Assembly: GCF_004010195.1 (NCBI RefSeq)
Contig: NW_025215381.1
Location: 999,909 to 1,063,908 of the forward strand
DNA: 64,000 bases
Reading direction: 5' to 3'
From: Chiloscyllium plagiosum
Taxonomy: Eukaryota
Position numbers and translations under genes: made by a program. Shown here piece after piece: positions 62,041-64,000 of this stretch. The notes under the pieces were generated by a model, which was given only the letters and a program-made list of their open reading frames with translations, was not told the origin of the DNA and did no database searches. Within the stretch, counting starts at the first letter, position 1. Each line of letters begins with the position of its first letter.

Positions 62041-63267
62041 CCTGGGGATTTATCCACTTTTATGCATTTTAAGACATCCAGCACTTCCTCCTCTGTAATA
62101 TGGACATTTTTCAAGGTGTCACCATCTATTTCCCTCCAGTCTATATCTTCCATGTCCTTTTCCACAGTAAATACTGATGCAAAATACTTGTTTAGTATCG
62201 CCCCTATTTCCTGCAGCTCCACACAAAGGCCATCTTGCTGATCTTTGAGGGGCCCTGTTCTCTCCTTAATTACCCTTTTGTCCTTAATGTATTTTTAAAC
62301 CCCTTTGGATTTTCCTTAACCCTATTTGCCAAAGCTATTCCAAGTCCCCTTTTTGCCCTTTTTGCCCTCCTGATTTCCCTCTTAAGTATACTCCTACTAC
62401 CTTTTTACTCTTCTAAGGATTCCCTCGATCTATCCTGTCTATACCTGACATATGCTTCCCTCTATACCTGACATATGCTTCCTTCTTTTTCTTAATCAAA
62501 CCATCAATTTCTTTAGTCATCCAGCATTCCCTATACCTACCAACTTTTCCTTTCACCTTAACAGGAATATATTTTCTCTGGACTCTCATTATCTCATTTC
62601 TGAAGGCTTCCCATTTTCCAGCCGTCCCTTTACCTGCGAACATCTGCGCCCAATCAGCTTTTGAAAGTTCTTGCCTAATACCATCAAAATTGGTCTTTCT
62701 CAAATTTAGAACTTCAACTTTTAGATCTGGTCTATCCTTTTCCATCACTATTCTAATAGAATTATGGTCGCTGGCCCCAAAGTGCTCCCCCACTGACACC
62801 TTATTCACCTGCCCTGCCCTATTTCCCAAGAGTGGATTACATTTTGCACCTACTCTATTAGGTGCGTCCACATACCGAATCAGAAAATTGTCTTGTCCGC
62901 ACTTAACAAATTCCTCTGCATCTAAACCCTTAACTCTGTGGCAGTCCTGGTCTATGTTTGGAAAGTTAAAATCCCCTACCATAACCACTCTATTATTCTT
63001 ACTGATAGCTGAGATCTCCTTACAAATTTGTTTCTCAATTTCCCTCTGACTATTATGGGGTCTATATCAATCCCAATAAGGTGATCATCCCTTTCTTATT
63101 TCTCAGTTCCACCCAAATAACTTCCCTGGATATATTTCCAGGAATATCATCCCTCAACACAGAATTGCTATGATATCCCAGTCCCATGTTCCTAACCATG
63201 CCCTGAGTTCATCTGCCTTCCCTGTTAGGCCCCTTGCATTGAAATAAATGCGGTTTAATTTATTAGT

Positions 63268-63890
63268 CCTCCAGTCCAGGCACCTGGTAAATCTCCACTT
63301 CAGTCTCTCTAAAGTTTCCACATCCTTCCTATAAAGAGGCCACCAGAAATGAACGGAATATTCCAAGTAAGGTCTCACCAGCCTTTACACAGCTGCAGCA
63401 TAATCTTGCAGCTCTTAAACTCAATCTCCCTGCTAATGAAAGCCAACACACCATATGCCTTCCTAACAACCCTATCAATTTGGGTGGTAACTTTGAGGTA
63501 TCTATGAAAATAGAACCCCAAGATCCCCCTGTTCCTCCACACTGCCAAGAATCCTGCCTTTAACCTTGTAACCTGCATTCAAATTCAACCTTCAAAAATG
63601 AATCATTTCACACTTTTCCATCTGCCACTTCTCAGCCCAGCTCTGCATCCTGTCAATGTTCCATAGCAGCCTACAACAGCTGTCCCACACTACCCACCAC
63701 CAACCTTCGTGTCATCAGCAAAATTACTAATCCACCCTTCCCATTTCCTCATCCAAGTCATTTATAAAAATCACAAAGAGCAGAAGTCCCAGAACAGATT
63801 CCTGCAGAACACCACTGGTCACCCAACTTTGGGCTGAATACTTTTCATCTACTACCACCCTCTGTCCTCTATGGGCCAGCCAATCCTGTA
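63268..63890 (-). mobile_element. CR1 RT fragment
   Basis: GQRVVVD...SGVLQESVLGLLLFVIFINDLDE; RPYLEYSVHFW. Confidence 0.85.
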
Positions 63891-64000
63891 CTGCGGAACC
63901 ACAGGCCAACGAGCCTGACATAATTCATTGTGAAAGTAGACCAATTGACTGAGTGGACAACAAGTCTACAAAAGCAGTGTAATATCAGGAAAGGGAGATC

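Larger units (their letters stand above)
59933..63265 (-). mobile_element. Nearly complete CR1 ORF2 (APE endonuclease + RT), disrupted, with nested SINE and PLE fold-back
   Basis: FNARGLTGKADELRAWLGTWDWDIIAI, VMVGDFNFPNID, SDHNSI, YMDFSKAFDK, GVPQG.MLGPLLF, KFADD, LEYCVQFWSP. Confidence 0.93.

Overview
Eukaryotic, repeat-dense vertebrate DNA. HE1-type tRNA SINEs and abundant CR1 LINEs point to an elasmobranch (shark/ray); this is inferred from repeat content. One host gene is present: the last nine coding exons of NEURL4 on the + strand (6940-41249). All junctions are AG/GT, phases match, and the exons join into 1329 nt = 442 aa + stop, covering the last NHR (neuralized) domain and the C-terminal ADP-ribosyltransferase-like domain. 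Almost all other ORFs in the track are decayed retroelement fragments or chance ORFs. The rest is nested CR1, L2-like and Rex/Babar LINE pieces, SINEs, two solo LTRs, a Tigger/pogo-like element and two N gaps. The most striking structure is a recurrent set of short Penelope-like-element (PLE) insertions. They form near-perfect fold-back inverted repeats, several have 12-14 bp target-site duplications, and many carry minimal type-I hammerhead ribozyme motifs. A ~1.07 kb PLE palindrome with GIY-YIG remnants and ~99% identical arms lies just downstream of NEURL4. Repeat boundaries and family names were read by eye and are approximate unless a TSD or TIR fixes them.
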